This document shows, piece by piece, positions 35,880 to 45,473 of a stretch of 64,000 bases of DNA. The position numbers and the translations under genes are program-made. Source of the stretch: an uncultured Pelagibacteraceae bacterium (GTDB lineage Bacteria > Pseudomonadota > Alphaproteobacteria > Pelagibacterales > Pelagibacteraceae); contig CACFTX010000005.1 of the NCBI GenBank assembly GCA_902569405.1, forward strand, positions 11,288-75,287, written 5' to 3'. Positions within the stretch are counted from its first letter, which is position 1. Every line of letters begins with the position of its first letter. The notes under the pieces are model-generated. The model was not told the origin of the DNA. It saw only the letters and a list, made by a program, of their open reading frames with translations, and did no database searches.

Positions 35880-37460
35880 TTATTTTTTTAAATTCTTTTT
35901 TAAATCTTCAAGATAGGGAGAATAATTTTTCCAAGAAGCGACGGATGTTTTGTATATTGGTTGTCTTACCTGTGCCAAACTAGCTGTTGCGACAGAATTT
36001 TTATTTTTATAAAATTCAACACATTTTGTATTCCAATTTAAATTACAAAAATTTAATAATTTTTTTACTCCATCTTCAAAATTTTCTGTGAAGGTTTCAT
36101 ACTGAATATTAATTAAACTTTTTTCATTTAAATTTTCATTCCAAAACTTCATGTATTCAATGTACCTGTTATAGAATTCAGCTAGGTTTTTTAAATTATA
36201 AGAAAATCCTAAGTTTGAGGAAGCATAATTTTGTTTATAATTCGACCAACAAATATCCATTGGGTCTCTATTACAATTAACAATGTAGGAATTTGGAAAT
36301 ATTTTTTTTATAAATCCAATCCATTTAAAATTTAATGGTGCTTTATCAACAATATATTCCTCAGAAAAATTTAATTCATTAATTTTATCTAAATAAAAAT
36401 TTTTTACATTATTTAAAGTTTTTTCAGAAATTAAGCTAAAATTAAAATTATTTTCTATAGATTTAATTTTTTTTTGTTTAGTTTTAGAAAATTCATAATA
36501 GATAGCGTCAGCAAAAAAAGGTAATTCACCTGCACCCGTAACTTTATCGTGTGCGGAGAGAACCTGTTCAATTAGAGAAGTTCCTGATCTAGTCATTCCA
36601 ACAATAAAAATTATTTTTTTATCTGAAGTATTTTTAAATGGTAAAATATTAATTTTTTCTTTAAAATTTTCTTTTAAATTAGAAAAAGTTTGATTTTCAA
36701 GTCTAGAAGTATATTTAATTAATTTATCTTTTATATCATTTCCTTTTTTATAGTTTGCAAAAGAATTGCTAAAATCTTTTATATCATCAAAAGCTTTTCC
36801 CAATGCGAAGTGCAAATGCATTTTTTTTGCTTCATTGAGATTTTTATCGTTAAGCATATTTTTAAATATTTCAAAATCTTTATCATTTTCTTTATATTTT
36901 TTATTCATACCCATTAATCTATAAATTTCCGTAGCATCTGGTTTGATGTTTAATGATTTTTGATAATGCAGATCGCTGGTTTTGAAATCGCCTAAAAATT
37001 GATATATCGTTGCAGCTGTATAGTTTAAAAAATAATCTTCAGGATAATATTCTAAAGCAGTTTTTAAAATTTTAATCGCCTCATCATTCAAGTTTAATTT
37101 TTCTTTTAATTGAGACAAGTTGATCATTGCATTTAAAAAATTAGGTTTTATTTTTAAGGCTCTGTTGTAGTACTCGTTGGCTTTTTTATAATTTGATAAT
37201 TTAGCGTGAACAAGTCCAAGATTATTTAGTACATGAATATTATTTTCACCAAGTTTGAATGCTCTTTTGAAAATTTCAAGTGCCTCAACATTTTCACCGA
37301 TGTTCATTAGAGACATGCCTAAAGCATTATAAAATACATATTCATTTGGGTATTTATTAATAAGTTTTTTTGAAATAGAAATTACTTCATCATATTTTTT
37401 AACAGTAAGTAAATTCGTTATTTTTGTTAGCTCTTTTTTTTTATTTTCAATTTGATTCAT
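35880..37460 (-). CDS. TPR-repeat protein fused to a PAPS-type sulfotransferase domain
   Basis: 526 aa. The N-terminal half has TPR-like repeats (YNALGMSL..A...F..A). The C-terminal half has a 5'-PSB-like GMTRSGTSLIEQVL and a 3'-PB-like NRDPMDICWSNY. No signal peptide. Confidence 0.8.
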   Translation of the reverse strand: MNQIENKKKELTKITNLLTVKKYDEVISISKKLINKYPNEYVFYNALGMSLMNIGENVEALEIFKRAFKLGENNIHVLNNLGLVHAKLSNYKKANEYYNRALKIKPNFLNAMINLSQLKEKLNLNDEAIKILKTALEYYPEDYFLNYTAATIYQFLGDFKTSDLHYQKSLNIKPDATEIYRLMGMNKKYKENDKDFEIFKNMLNDKNLNEAKKMHLHFALGKAFDDIKDFSNSFANYKKGNDIKDKLIKYTSRLENQTFSNLKENFKEKINILPFKNTSDKKIIFIVGMTRSGTSLIEQVLSAHDKVTGAGELPFFADAIYYEFSKTKQKKIKSIENNFNFSLISEKTLNNVKNFYLDKINELNFSEEYIVDKAPLNFKWIGFIKKIFPNSYIVNCNRDPMDICWSNYKQNYASSNLGFSYNLKNLAEFYNRYIEYMKFWNENLNEKSLINIQYETFTENFEDGVKKLLNFCNLNWNTKCVEFYKNKNSVATASLAQVRQPIYKTSVASWKNYSPYLEDLKKNLKK

Positions 37461-38193
37461 TTTTAATAAATTTTATTTTTAAATTTGAATTTTTTTCAAT
37501 TTCACTAATTGTTTTTTTTATATCCATAACAACAACTCTTTTTTTTGGTCCATAAGCATGAATTAAATACTTATTTGATAGACAAATTGCAACATGTCCT
37601 TTCCAGAATATAAGATTATTCTTTTTAATTTTATTTAATTTAACGTTTTTTTTGAAATATTTCATTTGATCTTTTGAATCTCTTGGACAAAATTTATTAT
37701 TAAATTTGTAAAATATTTGTACTAAAGCTGAACAATCTATTCCTTTATAACTAGTTCCTCCCCATTTGTATTTTACATTTTTAAAAATTTTTATTTTTGA
37801 AAAAATATTTTCAGTTTTATTTATTGGTGTTACATCTTTTTTTTTAATCCAATAATTGTCAAATTTGTAAAATTTCCCTTTTTCTTTTTTTACACCAATA
37901 AATGAACAGAAACTTAACTTTTTTTTAGTATTATAATTTATATTTGGTTTTTTATATATTGTTGCAAATATTTTGTTTATTTTATGAGTGGGTTTAAATT
38001 TATTTACATAATCTATTTTTTTTACATAACCAATATAATTATCAAATGATGTTTTAATTTTTAACCATTTTTTATTTTTTGATAAAATTTTAAATTTTTC
38101 ACCATATAAAATTTGTGAACTAATTTTAGATTTCTGAGAAGGTTTTTCATAAAGATAAACAGCAGTATTTTTGCAAAAAAAATTATTTTTCAT
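37447..38193 (-). CDS. cytoplasmic SH3b + NlpC/P60 cysteine peptidase (probable gamma-D-Glu-diamino-acid endopeptidase)
   Basis: 248 aa. Catalytic Cys in WGGTSYKGIDCSALV, His in KGHVAICL, third residue in LIHAY. No signal peptide. Overlaps both neighbouring genes. Confidence 0.8.
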   Translation of the reverse strand: MKNNFFCKNTAVYLYEKPSQKSKISSQILYGEKFKILSKNKKWLKIKTSFDNYIGYVKKIDYVNKFKPTHKINKIFATIYKKPNINYNTKKKLSFCSFIGVKKEKGKFYKFDNYWIKKKDVTPINKTENIFSKIKIFKNVKYKWGGTSYKGIDCSALVQIFYKFNNKFCPRDSKDQMKYFKKNVKLNKIKKNNLIFWKGHVAICLSNKYLIHAYGPKKRVVVMDIKKTISEIEKNSNLKIKFIKNESN

Positions 38194-39574
38194 GAATTTT
38201 TAATTTATCTTTAATAAACCATAAACAAATCAAAGACGGAATGACCATTACGGCGGTTAAAATAAAAAATATACCCCAATCACCATTAAGCCAATCAACC
38301 AAAGCACCTGATGAAGATGCAAGGGTGGTTCTTCCTGCGGTCCCGATAGAAGCGAGTAAAGCATATTGAGTTGCAGTGTATGCTCTGTCAACAAGTAAAG
38401 ATATAAATGCAACAAATGCAACAGTTGCGAAAGCAGCTGCCATATCGTCAAATATAACAGCAATAGCAAATAGTAATTCAGATTTTCCGCTCCATGCTAG
38501 AGCAGTAAATAATAAATTAGTTGCTGCCATTAAAATTCCAGCTAAAAAAATTGCCTTTAAAACTCCTGATCTTATTACAAAAAGTCCTCCCAACAATGTA
38601 AAAATAACAGTTGTTAGCCAACCTAAAGTTTTTGAGTAAATAGCTATATCTCCTTTTGAAAAACCTATTTCCTTATAAAAAATTATAGACATACGTCCAA
38701 GAAATGCTTCTCCTATTTTAAATAAAAATACAAAAGTTAAAATTCCTATAGCAATAGAAAAACTATTTTTTTTAAAGAAGCTTATTACAGGTCCGCCTAT
38801 TGTACCAGCTAGCCAAACGATTAAACTGGTAAAAATATTTTTTGATCCAAGCTTGTTTTCTATTAATTCATCTGTTTGTTTTTGTTTTAATTGTCTGTCA
38901 ATTAAAATTGGTTCGTGTACAAACATTAATCCAATATTCATTAAAATTATAACAGTGCCTAAAATTAAAAAAGTTATTTGCCAGTAGTTATCAATTCCAA
39001 TATTTTCAAAATATTCAGCAGCAGACAATGCTACTACTCCTCCTAATTTATAACCTGACCACCAGCCAACAACAGCCATTGCAGCACCAGCTGCCATTGA
39101 TTTTCCCTCTTTTTCTCCTATTTGCTCAATTCTTAAGGCATCAACCGTGATATCTTGAGTAGCTGATGCAATTGCAATAATTAAACCAACTGTAATTAAT
39201 AAAAATAAATTTTCAGTTGGATTAATAATACTCCAAGCAACTAAACAAATTAAAATTACAATTTGCATTAAAACTATCCAACCTTTTCTATGTCCTAATT
39301 TTTTTGTTAGAATTGGTATTTGAAGTCTATCTATCAAAGGTGCCCATAAATAATTGAAAGCATATACTCCAAATATTAAACCAGCCCATCCAATTGTTGA
39401 ACGACTAAGACCTTCTTCTTTAAGCCATAAGCTTAAACTACTACCTATTAATACCCACGGGAAACCTGAAATTGCACCGAGAAGTAAAATTTTAATCATT
39501 CTCTTATCCATATAGATAGAAAAAGTTTTAGATAATGATTGTTTTTTTAATTCAAGCACAATTAATTTCTCCAA
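38183..39574 (-). CDS. ampG: MFS muropeptide permease AmpG
   Basis: 463 aa, about 12 or more TM segments, AmpG-like LLGAISGFPWVL. The start could instead be the internal Met at about 39511. Confidence 0.82.
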   Translation of the reverse strand: MEKLIVLELKKQSLSKTFSIYMDKRMIKILLLGAISGFPWVLIGSSLSLWLKEEGLSRSTIGWAGLIFGVYAFNYLWAPLIDRLQIPILTKKLGHRKGWIVLMQIVILICLVAWSIINPTENLFLLITVGLIIAIASATQDITVDALRIEQIGEKEGKSMAAGAAMAVVGWWSGYKLGGVVALSAAEYFENIGIDNYWQITFLILGTVIILMNIGLMFVHEPILIDRQLKQKQTDELIENKLGSKNIFTSLIVWLAGTIGGPVISFFKKNSFSIAIGILTFVFLFKIGEAFLGRMSIIFYKEIGFSKGDIAIYSKTLGWLTTVIFTLLGGLFVIRSGVLKAIFLAGILMAATNLLFTALAWSGKSELLFAIAVIFDDMAAAFATVAFVAFISLLVDRAYTATQYALLASIGTAGRTTLASSSGALVDWLNGDWGIFFILTAVMVIPSLICLWFIKDKLKIHEK

Positions 39575-41007
39575 AAAGAAGGCAAGAATAAAACTAGTAT
39601 TGCAAATAATTCTAATCTACCTAAAATCATGGCCAAACTCAATATCCACTTAGAAATATCAGGCAATAATGAAAAGTTTCCATTTGGCCCTATAACGTTT
39701 CCTAAGCCAGGTCCTACATTTGAAATAGAAGTAGCGGCAGCAGAAACTGAAGTAATAAAATCTAAACCACTTAGGGATAAAAATGCAGTTAAAATAAAAA
39801 ATATTGTTATATAAAGATAAATAAAAGAAATTATAGAAGACATAAATTTATCATCAACATTATTATTGTCATACTTAATTAAAAAAATACCCCTAGGATA
39901 AATTATTTTTTTTAATTGATTTATTAAAAATAAATATAATATTTGAATTCTAAATATTTTAATTCCACACGCAGTTGAGCCAGCGCAACCACCAATAAAC
40001 ATTAAAATAAGGAAAAAAAATAATGGAAAACTTCCCCAGCTATCAAATTCATGAGTTACATATCCCGTTCCAGTTAGAATTGAAACAACATTAAATGACA
40101 CTTGCCTGATAATTTTTACAGAAATAGATTCATTTTTAAAAATTACATAAATAGATAGAATAATAATTGAAAATAAAATTATTTTTAAAAAAGATTTTAT
40201 TTGAGAATCTGATGTAAAAATTCTTTTATCTCCATTTAAAAATTTAATATATGTTATAAAAGGTATACTACCCAAAATAATAAATATCATGGCAGTAATT
40301 TCGATACTAGCACTATTAAAATAGCCTATAGAATTATTATAATTTGAAAACCCTCCTGTAGCTATCGTGGTCATAGAATGTGTTAAACTATCAAAATAAC
40401 CCATGCCAAATGTTTTGTAAAAAACGGCGCAAGAAAAAGTTAAAATTAAATATATTATAATAAGTCTTAAAGATATTTCTTTAGATTTAGGTAATATTTT
40501 TTCTGATGCATCATTGCTAGAAATTTTAAATAGCTGCATGCCTCCAACGTTCATTATTGGCATTAATGTTATTGCCATAACTATAATACCAATGCCTCCT
40601 AACCACTGAAGAATTGCTCTCCAGATAAGTATACCTTTAGGGCTATTATCTAGATTTGTAATGATAGTTGAACCAGTAGTTGTTATGCCTGACATACTTT
40701 CAAAAAAGGCATCAGTAACACTTAGCTGTAATTTAGAAAAGATAAAAGGCAGTGATCCAAAAACTGCTATGCTTAACCAAGACAAAGCTGTTAATAAAAA
40801 TGCCTGCTGTAAGTTTAATTTTTTTTGATGATTTAAATTAGATAAAAAAAATAGCACACCAAAAACAATAGTTATAATGCCCGCACCAATAAAAGATGAG
40901 TCTAATTCATTAAAAATTATTTGAAATATAATTGGAATAACCATAGAAATTCCAAGTATAATTTGAAGTACTCCTAATGTGAAAAAAACAGTTTTATAAT
41001 TAGGCAT
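39562..41007 (-). CDS. trkH: Trk-type potassium uptake protein TrkH
   Basis: 481-aa polytopic protein with repeated selectivity-filter-like motifs (TTTGST, ATGGFS, LTGTGY, SNVGPG). Confidence 0.88.
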   Translation of the reverse strand: MPNYKTVFFTLGVLQIILGISMVIPIIFQIIFNELDSSFIGAGIITIVFGVLFFLSNLNHQKKLNLQQAFLLTALSWLSIAVFGSLPFIFSKLQLSVTDAFFESMSGITTTGSTIITNLDNSPKGILIWRAILQWLGGIGIIVMAITLMPIMNVGGMQLFKISSNDASEKILPKSKEISLRLIIIYLILTFSCAVFYKTFGMGYFDSLTHSMTTIATGGFSNYNNSIGYFNSASIEITAMIFIILGSIPFITYIKFLNGDKRIFTSDSQIKSFLKIILFSIIILSIYVIFKNESISVKIIRQVSFNVVSILTGTGYVTHEFDSWGSFPLFFFLILMFIGGCAGSTACGIKIFRIQILYLFLINQLKKIIYPRGIFLIKYDNNNVDDKFMSSIISFIYLYITIFFILTAFLSLSGLDFITSVSAAATSISNVGPGLGNVIGPNGNFSLLPDISKWILSLAMILGRLELFAILVLFLPSFWRN

Positions 41008-41095
41008 TTTTAAAGAACATTATTTTATGGTAAATAAATTTCAACTCTATAAGAATTAATAAAAACGCCAAAAATAAGATATATTGTTATAAATA

Positions 41096-42658
41096 GTGAT
41101 TGAAAAAATTAATTTAGATAAAACAAATGCTTGGCCTTTCGTAGAGGCTAAAAAAATATTACGCGAAAGAAAAAAATCAATAGAAAAAAAGGGCAAAATT
41201 ATTTTACAAACAGGATATGGTCCCAGTGGATTGCCGCACATAGGTACTTTTGGTGAAGTTGCAAGAACCACAATGGTTGTGAATGCATTAAATCATCTTA
41301 TAGATTTACCAAAAGAAATAATTACATTTTCTGATGACATGGACGGTTTAAGAAAAGTTCCTGACAATATTCCTAATCAAGAGATATTAAGTCAAAATTT
41401 ACATAAACCTCTTACATCAATTCAAGATCCTTTTAACAAGTATAAAAGTTTTGGAGAGCATAATAACGAAATCTTGAAAAGTTTTTTGGATAAATTTAAA
41501 TTTAAATATAATTTTAAAAGTTCAACATACCTTTATAAGTCAGGTTTTTTTAACTCTACTTTACAAATAATTCTTGAAAATTATCAAAGTATTATGGATA
41601 TTATTTTGCCAACTTTAGGGAAAGAACGTCAAAAAACTTATAGTCCCTTTTTACCCATATGTCCCCAAACCGGAGTTGTTTTGGAAATCCCTGTTTTAGA
41701 AATTTTAAAAGAAAAGTCCAAAATAATATTTGATAATAATGGAAAAAAGTTAGAAGTAAGTATTTTAGATGGGAATTGTAAATTGCAATGGAAAGTAGAT
41801 TGGGCAATGAGATGGTATGCATTAGATGTTGATTTTGAAATGTATGGAAAAGATTTAATTGAAAGTGCAATTTTATCATCAAAAATAATAAAATTACTTG
41901 GAAAAAACAATCCAACAGGATTTGCGTACGAACTTTTTTTAGATGAAAAAGGAGAAAAAATCTCCAAATCAAAAGGAAATGGAATTACAATTGAGCAATG
42001 GCTTGAATACGCGTCTCCAGAAAGTCTTTCTTTATACATGTATCAAAATCCAAAAAGAGCAAAAAAACTATATAAAGAAATTGTTCCAAAAGCAGTAGAT
42101 GAATATTTAGATTTTGTAGAAAAAAGTAGATCACAAAGTGAATTACAGCTTTTGTTAAATCCTGCTTGGCATGTACATAATGGCCAACTACCAAAAGAAG
42201 ATTTGTTAATGACATTTTCAATGCTCTTAAATTTAGTTGAGGCTAGCAATGCTGACACCAAAGAACTTCTTTGGAAATTTGTTAAAAAATACAAAAAAAA
42301 GATAGATGAGAAAAAATATCCTATTTTTGATAATTTAATTGGTTATGCGATTAAATATTTTAATGAGGTTATTAAATTGGAAAAAAAATATAAAAAACCT
42401 AATGATATTGAAAAAAAAGCACTTAGAGCCTTAATTGCAACATTGGAAAAATGTAATGATGAAATGTCTCCAGAAGATATACAAACTTTAATTTATTCAA
42501 CTGGGAAAGAAAATGGATATGCAGAAAATTTAAGAGAGTGGTTCAAGTTGATTTATGAGGTAGTTTTTGGCGACGAAAATGGACCGAGAATGGGTTTTTT
42601 CATTAGTTTTTTTGGAGTAAATGAAACTAAACAACTTATAAATGATAAAATAAAATAA
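41096..42658 (+). CDS. lysK: class I lysyl-tRNA synthetase
   Basis: 520 aa with a GTG start, HIGH-type motif GLPHIGTFGE and KMSKS-type motif KISKSKGNG. Confidence 0.9.
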   Translation: MIEKINLDKTNAWPFVEAKKILRERKKSIEKKGKIILQTGYGPSGLPHIGTFGEVARTTMVVNALNHLIDLPKEIITFSDDMDGLRKVPDNIPNQEILSQNLHKPLTSIQDPFNKYKSFGEHNNEILKSFLDKFKFKYNFKSSTYLYKSGFFNSTLQIILENYQSIMDIILPTLGKERQKTYSPFLPICPQTGVVLEIPVLEILKEKSKIIFDNNGKKLEVSILDGNCKLQWKVDWAMRWYALDVDFEMYGKDLIESAILSSKIIKLLGKNNPTGFAYELFLDEKGEKISKSKGNGITIEQWLEYASPESLSLYMYQNPKRAKKLYKEIVPKAVDEYLDFVEKSRSQSELQLLLNPAWHVHNGQLPKEDLLMTFSMLLNLVEASNADTKELLWKFVKKYKKKIDEKKYPIFDNLIGYAIKYFNEVIKLEKKYKKPNDIEKKALRALIATLEKCNDEMSPEDIQTLIYSTGKENGYAENLREWFKLIYEVVFGDENGPRMGFFISFFGVNETKQLINDKIK

Positions 42659-43707
42659 TGTTTTCAAAATTCAGAAATTTGATCTTTAAGATTGATCCTG
42701 AAATAGCCCATAATTTAGCAATTAAATCTTTAAAATTTAATTTTGCTTTAAACATTTTTGATGAAAATAAAAATGATCCAATGTTTGAAACAAAATTATT
42801 TGGAAAAAAATTAGATAATCCAATAGGACTAGCAGCAGGATTCGATAAAAATGCTGAAGTATATAATTCGATATTTAAGTTGGGATTTGGTTTTGTTGAA
42901 GTTGGAACTGTAACACCCTTAAAACAGTATGGAAATCCAAAGCCAAGAATTTTTAGATTGATTGAAGATCAAGCTCTTATTAACAGATTAGGGTTTAATA
43001 ATCTAGGAGCGGAAAATGTTAGTACTAGGATACGTTTAAATAAACCCCATGGTTTAATTGGCGTAAATTTAGGACCAAATAAGGATACGCAAAATAGATT
43101 GAGCGATTATTTAATTGGGTTTAGAAAATTTTATGAAATAGTAGATTATATTACAATTAATATATCGTCACCAAACACAGAAAATTTAAGAGAGTTTCAT
43201 GAAGAAAAAAAATTTGATGAATTAATTACAGCAGTATTTAATGAAAAAGAAAAATTAAATTCAGATATACCAATATTAGTTAAAATTTCTCCAGATATTA
43301 AGGAAGATAAAATAGAAAAAATAACTTCAATATTAATAAAACATAAAGTTAATGCTGTTATCATTTCAAATACCACAGAGGCTAACAGAGAAAATTTAAA
43401 AAATATATCCAAACATCAAAAGGGAGGATTGTCAGGTAAACCACTAGAACTGAAATCAAATTTGCTAATTAAAAAATTTTATAGTTTTTTAAATGGAAAA
43501 ATTGACATTATAGGTGTTGGAGGCATTGACTCAGGGAAAAGTGCATATGCTAAGTTTTTGGCAGGCGCTAGTTTTTTACAGCTTTATACAGGAATGGTTT
43601 ATCAGGGACCTAACATTGTAAGCAAAATTAAAAAAGAACTTAAGCAAATATTAATTGGTAAGAAGGTGAAAAATTTCAAAGAAATCATTGGCAAGAATGA
43701 TTATTGA
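42658..43707 (+). CDS. pyrD: dihydroorotate dehydrogenase (quinone), class 2
   Basis: 349 aa with GLAAGFDKNAEV, NISSPNT and GGLSGKPL. Confidence 0.93.
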   Translation: MFSKFRNLIFKIDPEIAHNLAIKSLKFNFALNIFDENKNDPMFETKLFGKKLDNPIGLAAGFDKNAEVYNSIFKLGFGFVEVGTVTPLKQYGNPKPRIFRLIEDQALINRLGFNNLGAENVSTRIRLNKPHGLIGVNLGPNKDTQNRLSDYLIGFRKFYEIVDYITINISSPNTENLREFHEEKKFDELITAVFNEKEKLNSDIPILVKISPDIKEDKIEKITSILIKHKVNAVIISNTTEANRENLKNISKHQKGGLSGKPLELKSNLLIKKFYSFLNGKIDIIGVGGIDSGKSAYAKFLAGASFLQLYTGMVYQGPNIVSKIKKELKQILIGKKVKNFKEIIGKNDY

Positions 43708-43717
43708 TTTAATAAAC

Positions 43718-43746
43718 TTGACCTTGTTAGCGACCCATCTTATATA
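43718..43746 (+). promoter_or_regulatory. candidate promoter of rpmB-yhhQ
   Basis: TTGACC (43718-43723), 17-nt spacer, TATATA (43741-43746), only 13 nt before the rpmB ATG (a very short leader). Confidence 0.45.
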
Positions 43747-43759
43747 GTCATTTATTAAT

Positions 43760-44041
43760 ATGACAAAAAAATGCGAACTGACTGGGAAAAATCCACTTAA
43801 AGGCCATAAGGTAAGTCATGCAAATAATAAGACCAAAAGAAGATTTTTGCCAAATTTAAAAAAAGTAAATTTTAAAAGTGAGATTTTAAATAGAAAATTG
43901 AAACTTACAGTTTCTAATGCAGGCGTTAGATCTGTAGATAAAAAAGGAACTTTTGATTTATTTCTAAAAACTGCAAAAAATAAAAATCTCTCACCACGAT
44001 TAAAAAAAATTAAAAAAACTTTATTAGCTAAATCTGCGTAA
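43760..44041 (+). CDS. rpmB: 50S ribosomal protein L28
   Basis: 93 aa: [33 protein letters not shown]. Confidence 0.95.
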   Translation: MTKKCELTGKNPLKGHKVSHANNKTKRRFLPNLKKVNFKSEILNRKLKLTVSNAGVRSVDKKGTFDLFLKTAKNKNLSPRLKKIKKTLLAKSA

Positions 44042-44589
44042 TGAATAGAGTGTTTATTTTGCTCTCATTTTTGATGGGGGTGATAGTTTTGGTATCAAAC
44101 TATTTAGTTCAATTTCCGGTAAAATTTTATGATTTACAGGATGTTTTAACTTACGGAGCATTGAGTTATCCAATAGCCTTTTTAATTACCGATCTTGCAA
44201 ATAGATCTTACGGAAAAATTATTGCAAGAAAAATTGTCTATTTTGGTTTTGCTATAGGAATATTTTTTACATTATTTTTTTCAACAAATTTTTCAGATTT
44301 AATTTCAATTCGAATTGCAATTGGATCAAGTATCGCATTTATATCATCCCAATTGCTTGATGTGCAAATTTTTGACATGTTAAGAAGAAAACAATGGTAT
44401 ATAGCTCCACTAACCTCATCTATAGCAGCTTCAATAGTTGATACTTTTTTATTCTTTTCCATATCATTTTATGGAACGGGAATATCATGGATCACTTTAT
44501 CTTTAGGAGATTTAGTAGTAAAATTATTGGTAGCTATAGTTATGCTTATACCATTCAGGCTATTATTGGGAAGATTTAGAGTCGCTTAA
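44041..44589 (+). CDS. yhhQ: queuosine-precursor (preQ0/preQ1) transporter, YhhQ/DUF165 family
   Basis: 182-aa membrane protein with YPIAFLITDLANRSYGK. Its start overlaps the rpmB stop (TAATG). Confidence 0.72.
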   Translation: MNRVFILLSFLMGVIVLVSNYLVQFPVKFYDLQDVLTYGALSYPIAFLITDLANRSYGKIIARKIVYFGFAIGIFFTLFFSTNFSDLISIRIAIGSSIAFISSQLLDVQIFDMLRRKQWYIAPLTSSIAASIVDTFLFFSISFYGTGISWITLSLGDLVVKLLVAIVMLIPFRLLLGRFRVA

Positions 44590-44592
44590 AAT

Positions 44593-45471
44593 TTATTTAC
44601 TTAAAAATTTATAAGCTAAAATTTTATAGGCTAGCTTAGCAACTAAGAAATTATATGAATTGAATCCTTTTATAGGCGCAAGCTCATTTATATCTGCTCC
44701 AACAATATTTGAGTTTTTGGCTGCAATTTTTATAATATTTAATGTTTCTTCCCAGAATAACCCCCCTGGCTCCGGTGTACCAGTAGCAGGCATTATGCTT
44801 GAATCAAAACCATCTACATCAAATGTTAAATAAACATTTTTATTTTTTATAATTTTTTTAAATTTATTTAAATTCCATTTTATTTTGTCTTTTGCCCAAA
44901 ATATATTTATTCTTGATCGATTTTTTTTCAAAAAAGGAATTTCACTTTTAGAAATATTTCTTATTCCAAATGAAATTAGCGATACATTTTTGTAGTCCAA
45001 GCATCTTTTCATTGCAGAAGCATGTGAAAATTTTTCGCCATTATAACTCTCTCTTAGATCAGCATGGGCATCAAAATGCAGTATATATAGTTTTTTGTAT
45101 TTTTTAACAAAGGGGACAATGCACCCAGGTGTAATAGAGTGTTCTCCTCCAAGAGTTAAAGAAAAAAGTTTTTTGTTAAGAATATCTTTATTTATGTTTG
45201 ATATTTTTTTTAATGCCTTTTTCATATCTTTGTTAATTTTAAAAGGTTTTAAAGTTTTAATTCCTATTTTTTTGTATGGTTCGCAATTTAACTCCTCGTC
45301 ATACAATTCAACTTGGTGAGATGCTTTAATTATTTCTTTTGGTCCATTCTTCGTGCCTCCGCCATAGCTAACAGTTTTTTCTAAACCAAAAGGAACAATT
45401 ACTACTTTTTCTTTAAAATTGAATTTATTATCAATTCCTAAAAATCCATTTTTATTAGATAGATATTTCAA
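44593..45471 (-). CDS. speB: agmatinase-family ureohydrolase
   Basis: 292 aa with arginase-fold Mn ligand motifs GGEHSIT, HFDAHADL, TFDVDGFD and DINELAP. Confidence 0.85.
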   Translation of the reverse strand: MKYLSNKNGFLGIDNKFNFKEKVVIVPFGLEKTVSYGGGTKNGPKEIIKASHQVELYDEELNCEPYKKIGIKTLKPFKINKDMKKALKKISNINKDILNKKLFSLTLGGEHSITPGCIVPFVKKYKKLYILHFDAHADLRESYNGEKFSHASAMKRCLDYKNVSLISFGIRNISKSEIPFLKKNRSRINIFWAKDKIKWNLNKFKKIIKNKNVYLTFDVDGFDSSIMPATGTPEPGGLFWEETLNIIKIAAKNSNIVGADINELAPIKGFNSYNFLVAKLAYKILAYKFLSK

Positions 45472-45473
45472 TT

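Noticed and set aside
41601-42294. Several ORFs of 78-133 aa antisense to lysK (41601-41972, 41638-42039, 41985-42221, 42043-42294).
   Set aside because: They lie entirely within a well-supported, full-length class I LysRS gene. They have low-complexity, unrecognisable translations and no start context. Open antisense frames like these are expected from codon bias.
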